From assembly GCA_040880105.1 (NCBI GenBank), contig JBBDJA010000014.1:1-47776 (forward strand): a stretch of 47,776 nt of DNA. Direction: 5' to 3'. The DNA comes from Waddliaceae bacterium (GTDB lineage: Bacteria > Chlamydiota > Chlamydiia > Chlamydiales > SLOH01). The notes below the pieces were generated by a model. The model did no database searches and was not told the DNA's origin. It saw nothing but the letters and a program-made list of their open reading frames with translations. This document shows positions 21,088 to 30,374 of the stretch, piece by piece; positions within the stretch are counted from its first letter, which is position 1; each line of letters opens with the position of its first letter. The position numbers and the translations under genes are program-made.

Positions 21088-21231
21088 CTAGTATTGAGCA
21101 CCTGGGATGCTCGGTTCGTACCCACTTCCACAGAAATCCGGATTATTTGTCATCGGGATGACTGAATATTCATCTATCGGCTGCATCGTACATCCTGTGA
21201 AAAATAGAAGAGTACATAATGTCATTTTCAT
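21088..21231 (-). CDS. Small lipoprotein, 47 aa (not in ORF track)
   Basis: MKMTLCTLLFFTGC-TMQPIDEYSVIPMTNNPDFCGSGYEPSIPGAQY; lipobox-like FTGC; fills the gap between two co-oriented genes. Confidence 0.7.
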   Translation of the reverse strand: MKMTLCTLLFFTGCTMQPIDEYSVIPMTNNPDFCGSGYEPSIPGAQY

Positions 21232-21252
21232 AAGAAATAGGGTACTTGTTAT

Positions 21253-21723
21253 TTAACTATCTGACAAGGGATTTTCATCTAATTCCGCGATCTTAGTGAT
21301 CCCGTTGTTGGATTCCGATAAGATAATTTTCTTCCCATGGACATCAAGAAGGTAAATCCCTGTACGCGCTGTGATCATTCGTTTCTCAAGTAACTTGATT
21401 TTGCTCGTTACATTGACTTGATCTAATCGAACATTGAGCATACGTCTTATGATCCAAGAGCCCGCAAAAAGAACAAGTAGAAGCAGGCCAAGCAAAATGA
21501 GCATGTGGATGAATTCTTCGAAAAAGCGACTGCTTTGCGCCTCATCGGCACCTCTAAGCTCTTCCGGTAGCTCAAAGCGACTCTCTCTCTCTTCTTGAAG
21601 GGCACCACCTTCCCTGCGAAAACCTTCCGGAAGGGGCACTTCTTCATTTTGAGAGTTTGGGGCTAATTCTTGTCCGACTAGAGGAGTGAAAAGAAGAAAG
21701 AGTGAGAGAAATATATATGTCAT
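21253..21723 (-). CDS. FliO/MopB-family membrane protein
   Basis: Signal-like N-terminus, one TM helix, then IKLLEKRMITARTGIYLLDVHGKKIILSESNNGITKIAEL (FliO beta-domain pattern). Confidence 0.7.
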   Translation of the reverse strand: MTYIFLSLFLLFTPLVGQELAPNSQNEEVPLPEGFRREGGALQEERESRFELPEELRGADEAQSSRFFEEFIHMLILLGLLLLVLFAGSWIIRRMLNVRLDQVNVTSKIKLLEKRMITARTGIYLLDVHGKKIILSESNNGITKIAELDENPLSDS

Positions 21724-21794
21724 TGTTTAAATTACCTAAGGGGTAAATGTTTGATTGTTTATCGTACCGCATGATATACTTTTTTATTTTTTAA

Positions 21795-22577
21795 ATGCTA
21801 GCACTTGATATAGACGGTACATTAACTTCAAATCTTAAAAAAATTCCCGAAGAAGTGGTTTCTTTTTTAAGAGAGAGTCAGGAGCCTGTATGTTTAATTA
21901 CGGGGCGCCACCTCTCTTCTGTTGAACCAATTTTAGCTGCGATCGACTTTCCTTACATTCTTGCTCTTCAAAATGGATCAATGGTGATGAAGATGCCGGA
22001 ACGCAAGGTGCTTTTCACGCAGTATTTAAGTGAAGCTACACTTCCTTCACTGCTTTTGAATTGTGCAGACCCGATACTATATTCAGAAACTGTGTGTTAT
22101 TGGAGACCCAAACACCACACGGAAAAAATGCAACAATACTTGACAAGACGCATCGATGCAATGAACGAGGTTTGGGTTGAAATAGAAAGTTTTACACCAA
22201 GCCCAGAGCGCATGTTTCCGGCTTTGAAGTGGATCATCGAAGAGAGTCAGGAAAAACAAGTATTAAAGGCTTTGCAAGGAGTAGGTGTGGAAGTTTGCTC
22301 GATTCGCGACCCCTTTGATCGGAGCTTCTGCGTTGTACAGGCGACAAAAGCAAATAAGGGAAGTATTGTTAAGTGGCTTAAAAAAGAGTTTGGAAGACCT
22401 GTGATCGCAGCAGGAGACGACTATAACGATGTGTCAATGCTTGAACACGCCGATATTTCCATTGCAATGGCATCGGCGCCAAAAGAAGTTAAGGAAATAG
22501 CTGATATCGTAGCTCCTTCCGCTAAAGAAATGGGTATAATTAAGGGGTTGACAGATGCCTTCAAAAGTCGGATTTGA
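21795..22577 (+). CDS. Cof-type HAD-IIB phosphatase
   Basis: DIDGTL, TGR, NKG, GDDYND. Confidence 0.9.
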   Translation: MLALDIDGTLTSNLKKIPEEVVSFLRESQEPVCLITGRHLSSVEPILAAIDFPYILALQNGSMVMKMPERKVLFTQYLSEATLPSLLLNCADPILYSETVCYWRPKHHTEKMQQYLTRRIDAMNEVWVEIESFTPSPERMFPALKWIIEESQEKQVLKALQGVGVEVCSIRDPFDRSFCVVQATKANKGSIVKWLKKEFGRPVIAAGDDYNDVSMLEHADISIAMASAPKEVKEIADIVAPSAKEMGIIKGLTDAFKSRI

Positions 22578-22917
22578 AGAATTAAAATTCAGTTGTGTCA
22601 TAGGAGATCTTCCCCATGAACGTGAAAATGAACAGGAAATTACAGTCTCCCTCAGCGTAGAGGTTAATCTTTCTGACTGCCTGAAAAGTGACTGCCTAAG
22701 CGACACGGTTGATTATGTCTCTCTTGCCGACCTCTGTCAAAAAATTGCAAAAGAAGGGAGATTTCAAATGTTAGAGTGCTACGCAGGTGCAGTTTTGAAA
22801 ACCCTTTTTCTAGAGCAAAGAATTGAAAAAGCTAAATTTTGTGTAAAAAAACCCGCAATGTTCATGGGAGCTAAGTGGGCATTTGTAGAGATAGAGCAAT
22901 GTCGCAGCGAGTATTAG
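22555..22917 (+). CDS. folB: Dihydroneopterin aldolase
   Basis: IGDLPHERENEQ, TVDY, MLE, VKKP. Confidence 0.92.
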   Translation: MPSKVGFEELKFSCVIGDLPHERENEQEITVSLSVEVNLSDCLKSDCLSDTVDYVSLADLCQKIAKEGRFQMLECYAGAVLKTLFLEQRIEKAKFCVKKPAMFMGAKWAFVEIEQCRSEY

Positions 22918-23555
22918 TAACCGGCGCTTCTAAGCGCCTTGGAGCATTGATTTGCTATGCACTTGCAGAAAACGGATATGACCTTTGCATCCATTATCGA
23001 ACAAGTCAAAAAGAGGCTGAAGAAGTCAAAGCAAGATGTCAAGAAATGGGCGTAGATGCAGAAATTGTGTGCGGCGATTTATTGTCGATTGATTTCCGTC
23101 CCATTGATCATTTGATTAATAATGTTGGAGTTTATACTAAAGAATCTCTTTTAGATTATACCCTTGATGAGTGGAAGGACTGTTTTGAAGTGAACTGCTT
23201 TGCTCCTTTTGCTTTAACGAAGAGATTTCTTCCGACTTTGAAGAGTGTGATAAATATTGGCGTTTCGGGATTGGAAAATTCAGATAAGCAGCGCTCGCTC
23301 TATCGGCTCACGAAAAAGACTCTTTTGCATATCACAAAAATGCTTGCAAGCGAGCTTGCACCAAAAGGGATTTGTGTGAATATGGTCTCTCCGGGTCAAC
23401 TTTCGATTTCGGAGGATCTCCCTGATAATCTAGGGTCACTTCCGATGAAACGGGCTGTCGAACCAAGCGAAATTACTCAAATGATTCTATTTTTATTAAA
23501 AAGCCCGTCGATCACAGGGCAAAACATTGATATATCCGGAGGACTTGGATTATGA
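22899..23555 (+). CDS. Pteridine reductase / FolM-like SDR
   Basis: TGASKRLG, IHYRTS, YRLTK, ITGQNIDISGG; overlaps folB. Confidence 0.8.
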   Translation: MSQRVLVTGASKRLGALICYALAENGYDLCIHYRTSQKEAEEVKARCQEMGVDAEIVCGDLLSIDFRPIDHLINNVGVYTKESLLDYTLDEWKDCFEVNCFAPFALTKRFLPTLKSVINIGVSGLENSDKQRSLYRLTKKTLLHITKMLASELAPKGICVNMVSPGQLSISEDLPDNLGSLPMKRAVEPSEITQMILFLLKSPSITGQNIDISGGLGL

Positions 23556-24769
23556 GATTGGAAGAGGCAGTTGCATGTGGACGTCAGTATCAGGAAAAGC
23601 AGACCGGTTATATTCATTTTTGTCATACGGCAATTGGTGAAGATGTTCACTATCCTATTCCTGTGCGTGAAAATTTACTCTTTGCATTTGCCCTTCTTCG
23701 TACACGTCAAGAAAAGGAGACGGAGGAGGCGTGGGAGATGATCGCAAAGCTTCTTGCCTTTCAGACAGATTCCGGAAATTTTCCGATCTATCTTCACCAT
23801 TACCCTAAGTGCTATAATCATCGCCTCTCTTCTGAATTACTTCCGATTTTAGATCGAATCATCAAGCATTTCCGCGGTCCTTATGATGAAGAGGTCAAAA
23901 GAGCAAGAGATCTCTTATTTAATTTTAATGAGGGCAAGCCGCATAGCTTTTCAGATCGTCTCTTATCAGGTGATACCGATGAATTTTTTTCGCGTACATA
24001 CCACGCTCGGACAGAGAGTTATATTGGCCCTCACTTTGACGAAGAATGTGTTGGGAATAGACCTAAGTTAAGCTTGTATCACATGCTCATTGATCCACAG
24101 GCGCAGTGCCGGTCTGAGTATCAGAATTTACATCCGTTAGAAGGGGCTCTTGTTGGAATAGGAGAGAAAAAAATTCCCCACGTGACAGAACCTGTCTGGA
24201 GTCAAGAAGAAAATTGGTCTACGTATCAGTGCGAAACATATGGGTTTTCAACTATCGATAGCTCTCGGCCATACGATCCACAAACAGATCAACACCTCGC
24301 CCCTTTCAGAATGCATTTTGGAACGGAAAAGGAATTTTATAGTTTAGTGTGTCAAGGGGGGAATCACCAAGTTTCGTTTACAGAAAAAAGTGAAAATAAA
24401 GTCTCTTGCCTCTTTACACTCGGGGATCCTTTAGACTATCATGATAGAGTCTCTGCAAGGGAAGTCGAGTGGTTTTTAACACGAGATCCATCTGCAAAAA
24501 TCACTGTAAATGGACATGCAGCCACAACATTTAACCTTGGTGACTTGGTTGAGATTCGCACACGGACATTAAAAGTTTCCTTGCGATTCTTGCTCGTAAA
24601 TGGTACAGGTAATTTTGTTGGACATTTGATGTTGGGTAACAGACCCTCGCAACTATTGCGCAAAGGTAAGTGGAGGCAGTATGCGTTCGACCGGCAGATT
24701 TTTTTACGCACACTCCGTCGAGATTCTTCTTGTCAAATTCAGGCAGAGATTGAAATGGAACCTTGTTAG
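23552..24769 (+). CDS. Hypothetical protein
   Basis: 405-aa ORF, ATGA-coupled to the SDR; no family recognised. Confidence 0.8.
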   Translation: MRLEEAVACGRQYQEKQTGYIHFCHTAIGEDVHYPIPVRENLLFAFALLRTRQEKETEEAWEMIAKLLAFQTDSGNFPIYLHHYPKCYNHRLSSELLPILDRIIKHFRGPYDEEVKRARDLLFNFNEGKPHSFSDRLLSGDTDEFFSRTYHARTESYIGPHFDEECVGNRPKLSLYHMLIDPQAQCRSEYQNLHPLEGALVGIGEKKIPHVTEPVWSQEENWSTYQCETYGFSTIDSSRPYDPQTDQHLAPFRMHFGTEKEFYSLVCQGGNHQVSFTEKSENKVSCLFTLGDPLDYHDRVSAREVEWFLTRDPSAKITVNGHAATTFNLGDLVEIRTRTLKVSLRFLLVNGTGNFVGHLMLGNRPSQLLRKGKWRQYAFDRQIFLRTLRRDSSCQIQAEIEMEPC

Positions 24770-25637
24770 TTTTTTTCTAGCATTACTCACACTCTCGTCA
24801 TGTGCGGTTTCAAGGAGTCAAGAGTATCATGGCTTTTATGAGGATCTAAGAGAGTATGAGCCTTGCAGCACATTCACATACTCTCCTTACTATCTTGTCG
24901 TCCTTGTCGATGCCAAACATCTTGATTACTTCAATAACCGCTCATTCTTTTGTACCCTTGTTAAGCACCCCAAAGATGGAAGCAAGGGATGTGATGTTGG
25001 GCACTGTTGGTTTTTGCTGAGCGGCATTGAAAACAATAGGCGTGTTGAAATTGAGGGAGGGCATTCCGGAGAGACCGGAGTGAACCAAACAAGGTACATG
25101 GACGGCGTGATGGACTTGATGGAGCGCAATGATCCAAACCCGGTCCGTTATATGTGGACAGTACAAAAAGATGGGTTTTTACAAGAGGGGTGCGGCGGAC
25201 ACAGTCCTTCATATGCCGTAAAGGTCGACCTAACCAAAGAGAAGTATGAGGAGCTTTACAACTTTATCTATGGTGGGGGTTATGACTTTAAGAATTACTC
25301 TTTGACTCATAACCAATGCTGCGAACTCGTACGTCAACTATTAGCTAAAACCGGGCGTGAGATTCAGACAAAGATTACTCTTTCTATCGATTCCGAGGTA
25401 CAATTTCGACATGAATCCCTTCATCTTTGGTCTGATCCGAGATACTCAAGGATTACAATCTCCTCACCTGATGTGGTGGAAAAGTCGCTCCACCGTCTTG
25501 TAAAAGAGGGAAGGGCACAGTGCGCCCTCAGGTGGTACCATATGACCCATCCTGATCATAAGTGCAAAGAGAAAGTTTGCTTTGCATGCGCACTTTCACG
25601 GTTTTGCCGGGCGCTTCTGATTACTAGAATTTATTAA
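24750..25637 (+). CDS. Putative lipoprotein, possible permuted papain-like fold
   Basis: TTG start then lipobox LSSC; VGHCWF ... YSLTHNQCCELV. Confidence 0.65.
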   Translation: MKWNLVSFFLALLTLSSCAVSRSQEYHGFYEDLREYEPCSTFTYSPYYLVVLVDAKHLDYFNNRSFFCTLVKHPKDGSKGCDVGHCWFLLSGIENNRRVEIEGGHSGETGVNQTRYMDGVMDLMERNDPNPVRYMWTVQKDGFLQEGCGGHSPSYAVKVDLTKEKYEELYNFIYGGGYDFKNYSLTHNQCCELVRQLLAKTGREIQTKITLSIDSEVQFRHESLHLWSDPRYSRITISSPDVVEKSLHRLVKEGRAQCALRWYHMTHPDHKCKEKVCFACALSRFCRALLITRIY

Positions 25638-25672
25638 ATCAAAAGCCACGTTAAGTCTTTACTTGAATTCCC

Positions 25673-26590
25673 TTATTCAGAGTCCTCTAGAGTCGGATGT
25701 GTGGGGGCAACGCCCATAATATTTGCCCCATTGTCGACGTAAATGAGGGAGCCTGTAATTCCAGAGGCTAAGGGAGAAACAAGAAACGCGGCAGCTGTGC
25801 CTACCTCTTCTGACTTCAGATCTTTTGTAAGAGGAGCGGTTTCTTTGTCATACTGGATCATTCGTTCAATAAACCCAATGGCGCGAGCCGCTCTTGAAGA
25901 AAGGGCGCCGGCGGAGATTGCGTTTACATGGATTTTAAATTTTTGACCCGCTTCATAGGCAAGTGTCCGCACATCGCTCTCTAAGGCCGCTTTTGCTGAG
26001 CTCATGCCGCCGCCATAACCGGGGATGACCTTTTCAGAGGCGCGGTAGGAGAGAGTAAGAGCGGATCCACCCTCATTCATTATCGGTCCAAAGTGGGAGA
26101 TAAGAGAAAGGAAAGAGTATGAAGAGGCTGAAAGCGCAGCAAGATAGCCGTTTCGGCTCGTTTCAAGTAGAGGCTTTTGCACTTCAGGCGCATTGGCAAG
26201 CGAATGAACAAGTATATCGATCTTGCCAAAATCTCTTTGGATCTGAGCTGCAACTTCGCTGACTGTGTAATTTGCAGCGGATTGGTATCTTTTGTTTTCA
26301 CGAATTTCTTCCGGTACATCTTCCGGGGTATCAAATGCTGCATCTAGAGGGTAAATTTTAGCAAATTCTAAGAGCTCTCCATTGCTAAGCTTTCGAGATC
26401 CATCGAACTTTCCGCTCTGCAGTCCTTTCAGAAAAATATTGAGGACAGGGGGCCATGTACCAACAATCACCTCAGCACCGGCTTCGATTAATTGTTTTGC
26501 TATCGCAAATCCAAACCCTTGATCGTCTCCAATTCCAGCTACAAACGCGCGTTTTCCTTTTAGGTCTATTTTGAGCACTTCATTCACCAC
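25673..26590 (-). CDS. fabI: Enoyl-ACP reductase (plant/chlamydial-type FabI)
   Basis: [40 protein letters not shown]. Confidence 0.97.
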   Translation of the reverse strand: MVNEVLKIDLKGKRAFVAGIGDDQGFGFAIAKQLIEAGAEVIVGTWPPVLNIFLKGLQSGKFDGSRKLSNGELLEFAKIYPLDAAFDTPEDVPEEIRENKRYQSAANYTVSEVAAQIQRDFGKIDILVHSLANAPEVQKPLLETSRNGYLAALSASSYSFLSLISHFGPIMNEGGSALTLSYRASEKVIPGYGGGMSSAKAALESDVRTLAYEAGQKFKIHVNAISAGALSSRAARAIGFIERMIQYDKETAPLTKDLKSEEVGTAAAFLVSPLASGITGSLIYVDNGANIMGVAPTHPTLEDSE

Positions 26591-26686
26591 TTTTTTTGGT
26601 AAATTATAACGCGATTAGCTGATTTTTTTCTATGGCTCTTTGGTTACCTCTGAAAAAGGGAATCAACTCAAAAATGACGCCTTAGC

Positions 26687-27652
26687 TTATCTAACTTTTA
26701 AAACGATTTTTCCACAGGTGTGTCCAGTCTGGCTTTTTTCAATCGCCTCTTTTGCTTGAGAAAGAGGCATCTCCTCAATATGAGGCGAGCGAATCTTGCC
26801 TTGGTTAAAGAGATCAGTAATTTGAGTCAGTTGCTCGCCATTTGGCCTAACAAAGACAAACCCTGGGACAATACCATATTCTTTGGCTTTGGTGGCAGAA
26901 ACCGGCTGGACAATGCTAATGAGTCTGCCGCCAGGTTTTACAATCTCAAAACTCTTCTCGAGTGTCTCTCCACCGACAGCGTCAAGACAAAGGTCTACAC
27001 CCTCGGGACAGTGCGTCTTAATTTGTTGAGCAAAAGAGCAATGGGAGTAATCAATTGCATAATCAGCTCCAAGATCTTTGACATACTCATGGTGAGGTGT
27101 GCTTGCAGTTGTGAAAATTTTTGCACCCGCATTTTTTGCAAGTGAAATTGCCAGGCTTCCAACACCGCCGGCACCTGCATGAATGCAGACCGTCTGGTCC
27201 TTCTGTATGTGACCGACATCATAAAGCGCTTGCCAAGCAGTTAATCCAACAAGAGGAATGGCTGCTGCTTCTGCAAAAGAAAGATCCCTTGGTTTTAATG
27301 CAACATCGTTGCTATCAGCATTGACATATTCTGCGTATGTTCCCCATTGAACCTTTGGCTTTCGACAATAGGTATAAACTTCGTCGCCTTCCTTGAAATT
27401 TTTGACGTTGCGTCCCACTTTTTCAATAACACCCGAAGCATCCCAGCCGGGGATAAGAGGGAACTCCCATTGTATCCCCATTTTTTTGAGCATCTCTTTC
27501 AGCATACCTGAACCAATTTTCCAGTCCACAGGGTTGACTCCTGCATATTGAACCCTAATTTGAACCTGGTTCTCTGTCGGGTTCGGAATGGAAACTTCTT
27601 TCAGTTCAAGGTTATCGACTGCTCCAAAATCTTTGAATACAATGGCTTTCAT
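26687..27652 (-). CDS. NADPH:quinone oxidoreductase-like MDR (zeta-crystallin family)
   Basis: GVNPVDWK, PGWDASG, AGAGGVG, GKIVL. Confidence 0.92.
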   Translation of the reverse strand: MKAIVFKDFGAVDNLELKEVSIPNPTENQVQIRVQYAGVNPVDWKIGSGMLKEMLKKMGIQWEFPLIPGWDASGVIEKVGRNVKNFKEGDEVYTYCRKPKVQWGTYAEYVNADSNDVALKPRDLSFAEAAAIPLVGLTAWQALYDVGHIQKDQTVCIHAGAGGVGSLAISLAKNAGAKIFTTASTPHHEYVKDLGADYAIDYSHCSFAQQIKTHCPEGVDLCLDAVGGETLEKSFEIVKPGGRLISIVQPVSATKAKEYGIVPGFVFVRPNGEQLTQITDLFNQGKIRSPHIEEMPLSQAKEAIEKSQTGHTCGKIVLKVR

Positions 27653-27679
27653 TATTACGCTCTTTTTTTTTATTCTGAA

Positions 27680-27949
27680 CTAGTGCTTTCTTCGCGAAGC
27701 AGAATCTCTTGCTGTCAGCCAATTGTAGATGAGTCCGAAGATAAATAGACCGACAAATCCATCGACAAAGCCGTAAATTAGACCAATGAAACTTCCCAAG
27801 AGATCGACACTATATCCAGGATAGACACTTTGCATCATGTGAATAAAGCTATCGCCATATCCTGTGAACATAGAAAGAATCGTGACAAACCAGACACTTA
27901 CTCCCCATACAATTCCGAAACTTAGCCCTAAGTTTTTTGCATTTAACAT
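27680..27949 (-). CDS. Small Gly-rich two-helix membrane protein
   Basis: SVYPGY...GSFIGLIYGFVDGF; AGGAG RBS. Confidence 0.8.
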   Translation of the reverse strand: MLNAKNLGLSFGIVWGVSVWFVTILSMFTGYGDSFIHMMQSVYPGYSVDLLGSFIGLIYGFVDGFVGLFIFGLIYNWLTARDSASRRKH

Positions 27950-27970
27950 TTTTTTCTCCTAATTGTTTAT

Positions 27971-28132
27971 AATCCTCTGAATAACTTAAGGTTAATTAAA
28001 TCTTGCTTGAATATTTTTATAAATTCGAAACAATAGCCGATCTTAACTGTTAAAAAGTTAAGAGAGGCCATTTCTGTCGAATTTCGATAAAAAGGCATTT
28101 AATTTAAAAAACTTGAATGTTTCAGAGGTTCC
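27971..28132. mobile_element. MITE-like element, copy 3 (inverted relative to copy 1, diverged)
   Basis: Colinear with the reverse complement of 4870-5030: CTGAATAAC...GGTTAATTAAAT.TTGC.TGAAT...AAATTCGAAA...CTTAACT-gttaaaa-AGTTAAG...GAATTTC...AAAAGGCA...TCAGAGGTTCC. Confidence 0.7.
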
Positions 28133-28178
28133 TTTAATAAATGTTATTTACCAAACCAAGTGCAATGTGTCAAATTTA

Positions 28179-28856
28179 TTATTGATCCGCCTCGATTTCA
28201 AGATGGACAGTCGCCTGAATAGGTATTTGTCCTTCAAAAACCGGAACGCTCTTGGACGCAAGTGCAAAATTTCGAGAGACAGGGCTCATATTCGTATCGT
28301 CAAGACGAATCTTTTTGATACGGATTAACTCCAAGTTAGCAGCAGAACTTAAGTGTTTGGCATCTTCGATAGCGTTTGCCGTGGCCTTAGTAATTGCCTC
28401 TTCACGGTATAATCTTTTGTTTTTGAGATCATAATTCAATTGAGAAACGTCTCCGGCACCTGCCTTTGTCACCTCGCTAATGAGTGAGCCGACTAAATTC
28501 AATTGATTTGTTGTAATTGTCAGTTGGTTTGTCACTCGATAACCTGTGATTTTTGGTTCCCATTCTCGAGATGTGTTTTGTGATTGGGGAGCATAAATGG
28601 GAGTTAGTGAGAATTGACCTGTTTGGATGTCATCTTCAGAAATACCTAGATTTTTTAGAGCTTGAACCACATTGTTCATTTGCTGATTATTCTTATTTAA
28701 AGCAACTTCTGGATCCTCTCCTTCAGTTACAGTGGCAGCTGAAAAACTGACCTGGTCTGCAGGTTTATAAATGACTCCTTCTCCTTGCACAGTGATGATT
28801 GCAGATTCGCTACCCAAACACAAAAGGGGGAGAAGATAAAAGATTATATATTTCAT
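28179..28856 (-). CDS. SIMPL (YggE/BP26) domain protein
   Basis: Signal peptide; ITVQGEG..PAD, DIQT, GYRVTNQL, AITKATANA. Confidence 0.92.
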   Translation of the reverse strand: MKYIIFYLLPLLCLGSESAIITVQGEGVIYKPADQVSFSAATVTEGEDPEVALNKNNQQMNNVVQALKNLGISEDDIQTGQFSLTPIYAPQSQNTSREWEPKITGYRVTNQLTITTNQLNLVGSLISEVTKAGAGDVSQLNYDLKNKRLYREEAITKATANAIEDAKHLSSAANLELIRIKKIRLDDTNMSPVSRNFALASKSVPVFEGQIPIQATVHLEIEADQ

Positions 28857-28942
28857 AGATGATCCTCAAAATGGATTTAAAAAAATATCTTCCTTTTTTC
28901 GTTTGAAAAAATCAATAAGCAATTTACATTGAAAAGAATTAA

Positions 28943-28962
28943 GTTAATCAGGGGTTCCTTAA
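28943..28962. repeat. Isolated terminal repeat of the MITE family
   Basis: GTTAATCAGGGGTTCCTTAA is the exact reverse complement of 4866-4885. Confidence 0.7.
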
Positions 28963-29079
28963 GGATGACCTTGGACTTCCATTTATACAAATTCACACAC
29001 TGTTAACAGTAAGTGCGTTTGCATTAATGGCGGAGGTTCTACTAGAAGGAAAGTAAGTTCCATAAAAAGGGAGGATTGC

Positions 29080-30153
29080 ATGGCGCTTTTAATGAATGAG
29101 ATTGAACAATTGCTTGGACAGGAAGCGGAGGCGCTTTTGACCTATCAGTCTAAAAAAATCCCAAAAGAGACACTATTGAAGCCCGGTCCTCAGTGGGTAG
29201 ATCAAGCCTTTGGACCAAGCGACAGAACCCCACGCGTTCTACGTAGCTTGGAAACTCTTTTTAATCATGGAAATTTATCCGGCACGGGGTACCTTTCGAT
29301 ATTACCGGTTGATCAAGGGATTGAGCATTCGGCCGGCGCCTCCTTTGCTCCCAATCCAATTTATTTTGATCCGGAAAATATTATTCGACTTGCCATTGAA
29401 GCAGGATGCAATGGAGTGGCATCTACCCTTGGCATTCTAGGGTCTATGTCTCGCAAATATGCGCATAAAATTCCATTTATTGTGAAAATTAACCATAATG
29501 AACTTCTCTCTTATCCTAACATTTACGATCAAAATCTCTTTTCAAGTGTCAAGCAAGCGTTTGATCTCGGCGCTGTGGCAGTTGGAGCGACCATTTACTT
29601 TGGATCACCTGAAAGTCGCCGTCAAATTCAAGAAATTAGCGAGGCATTTGAGCAAGCGCATGAACTTGGAATGGCAACAATTTTATGGTGTTACTTGCGC
29701 AATTCTGCCTTCAAAATCGGCGACGAAGATTACCACGCAAGCGCTGACTTGACCGGTCAGGCCAACTACTTAGGAGCTACGATTCAAGCAGATATTGTAA
29801 AACAAAAACTTCCCAAAAATAATGGAGGCTATCTTGCTCTAAACAAGGAAGGGAAGTTTGGAAAGTACGATCAAAAAATGTATGACGATCTATCCTCTGA
29901 CAACCCTATCGATCTATGCAGATATCAAGTACTCAATAATTTTTGTGGAAGGGTAGGATTGATCAATTCGGGGGGAGCTTCGGGAAAAAATGATCGAGCC
30001 ACTGCGGTTAAGACGGCCATTATCAACAAAAGAGCCGGTGGAATGGGATTAATTTCAGGGAGAAAAACATTTCAAAAGCCTATGGATGAAGGAGTTAAGA
30101 TGTTTCATGCGATTCAGTCAATATATAAAAACGAAGAGATTGGACTTGCTTAA
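29080..30153 (+). CDS. fbaB: Class I fructose-bisphosphate aldolase (DhnA type)
   Basis: [29 protein letters not shown]. Confidence 0.97.
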   Translation: MALLMNEIEQLLGQEAEALLTYQSKKIPKETLLKPGPQWVDQAFGPSDRTPRVLRSLETLFNHGNLSGTGYLSILPVDQGIEHSAGASFAPNPIYFDPENIIRLAIEAGCNGVASTLGILGSMSRKYAHKIPFIVKINHNELLSYPNIYDQNLFSSVKQAFDLGAVAVGATIYFGSPESRRQIQEISEAFEQAHELGMATILWCYLRNSAFKIGDEDYHASADLTGQANYLGATIQADIVKQKLPKNNGGYLALNKEGKFGKYDQKMYDDLSSDNPIDLCRYQVLNNFCGRVGLINSGGASGKNDRATAVKTAIINKRAGGMGLISGRKTFQKPMDEGVKMFHAIQSIYKNEEIGLA

Positions 30154-30198
30154 ATTATTTTTTTGATATAATAAAAAACAGACGACAGGAGTAAACAC

Positions 30199-30372
30199 AT
30201 GATTCGATTTTTAATTAATTTTTTGATTTTTGGACTTTTATTTTACGCTATTTACCGTTTTTTCCCCGATGCATTTGAAACCCTTGTGAGTTGGGTGCAT
30301 CAAATCTTTGAATTCATTAGAGAAATGGTTCTTTGGTTGGTTGAAAAATTTAAGTCTTCGACAAACAACTAG
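30199..30372 (+). CDS. Small membrane protein, 57 aa (not in ORF track)
   Basis: AGGAG RBS; MIRFLINFLIFGLLFYAIYRFFPDAFETLVSWVHQIFEFIREMVLWLVEKFKSSTNN. Confidence 0.75.
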   Translation: MIRFLINFLIFGLLFYAIYRFFPDAFETLVSWVHQIFEFIREMVLWLVEKFKSSTNN

Positions 30373-30374
30373 GC

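Noticed and set aside
21085..21205. Possible structured ncRNA (SRP- or riboswitch-like stems) upstream of the T3S chaperone
   Set aside because: SRP and ribozyme core motifs are missing, and the interval is better explained by a 47-aa lipoprotein ORF
27680..27949. Holin-like membrane protein as a prophage marker
   Set aside because: No phage genes nearby; the holin label for such small proteins is not supported by context
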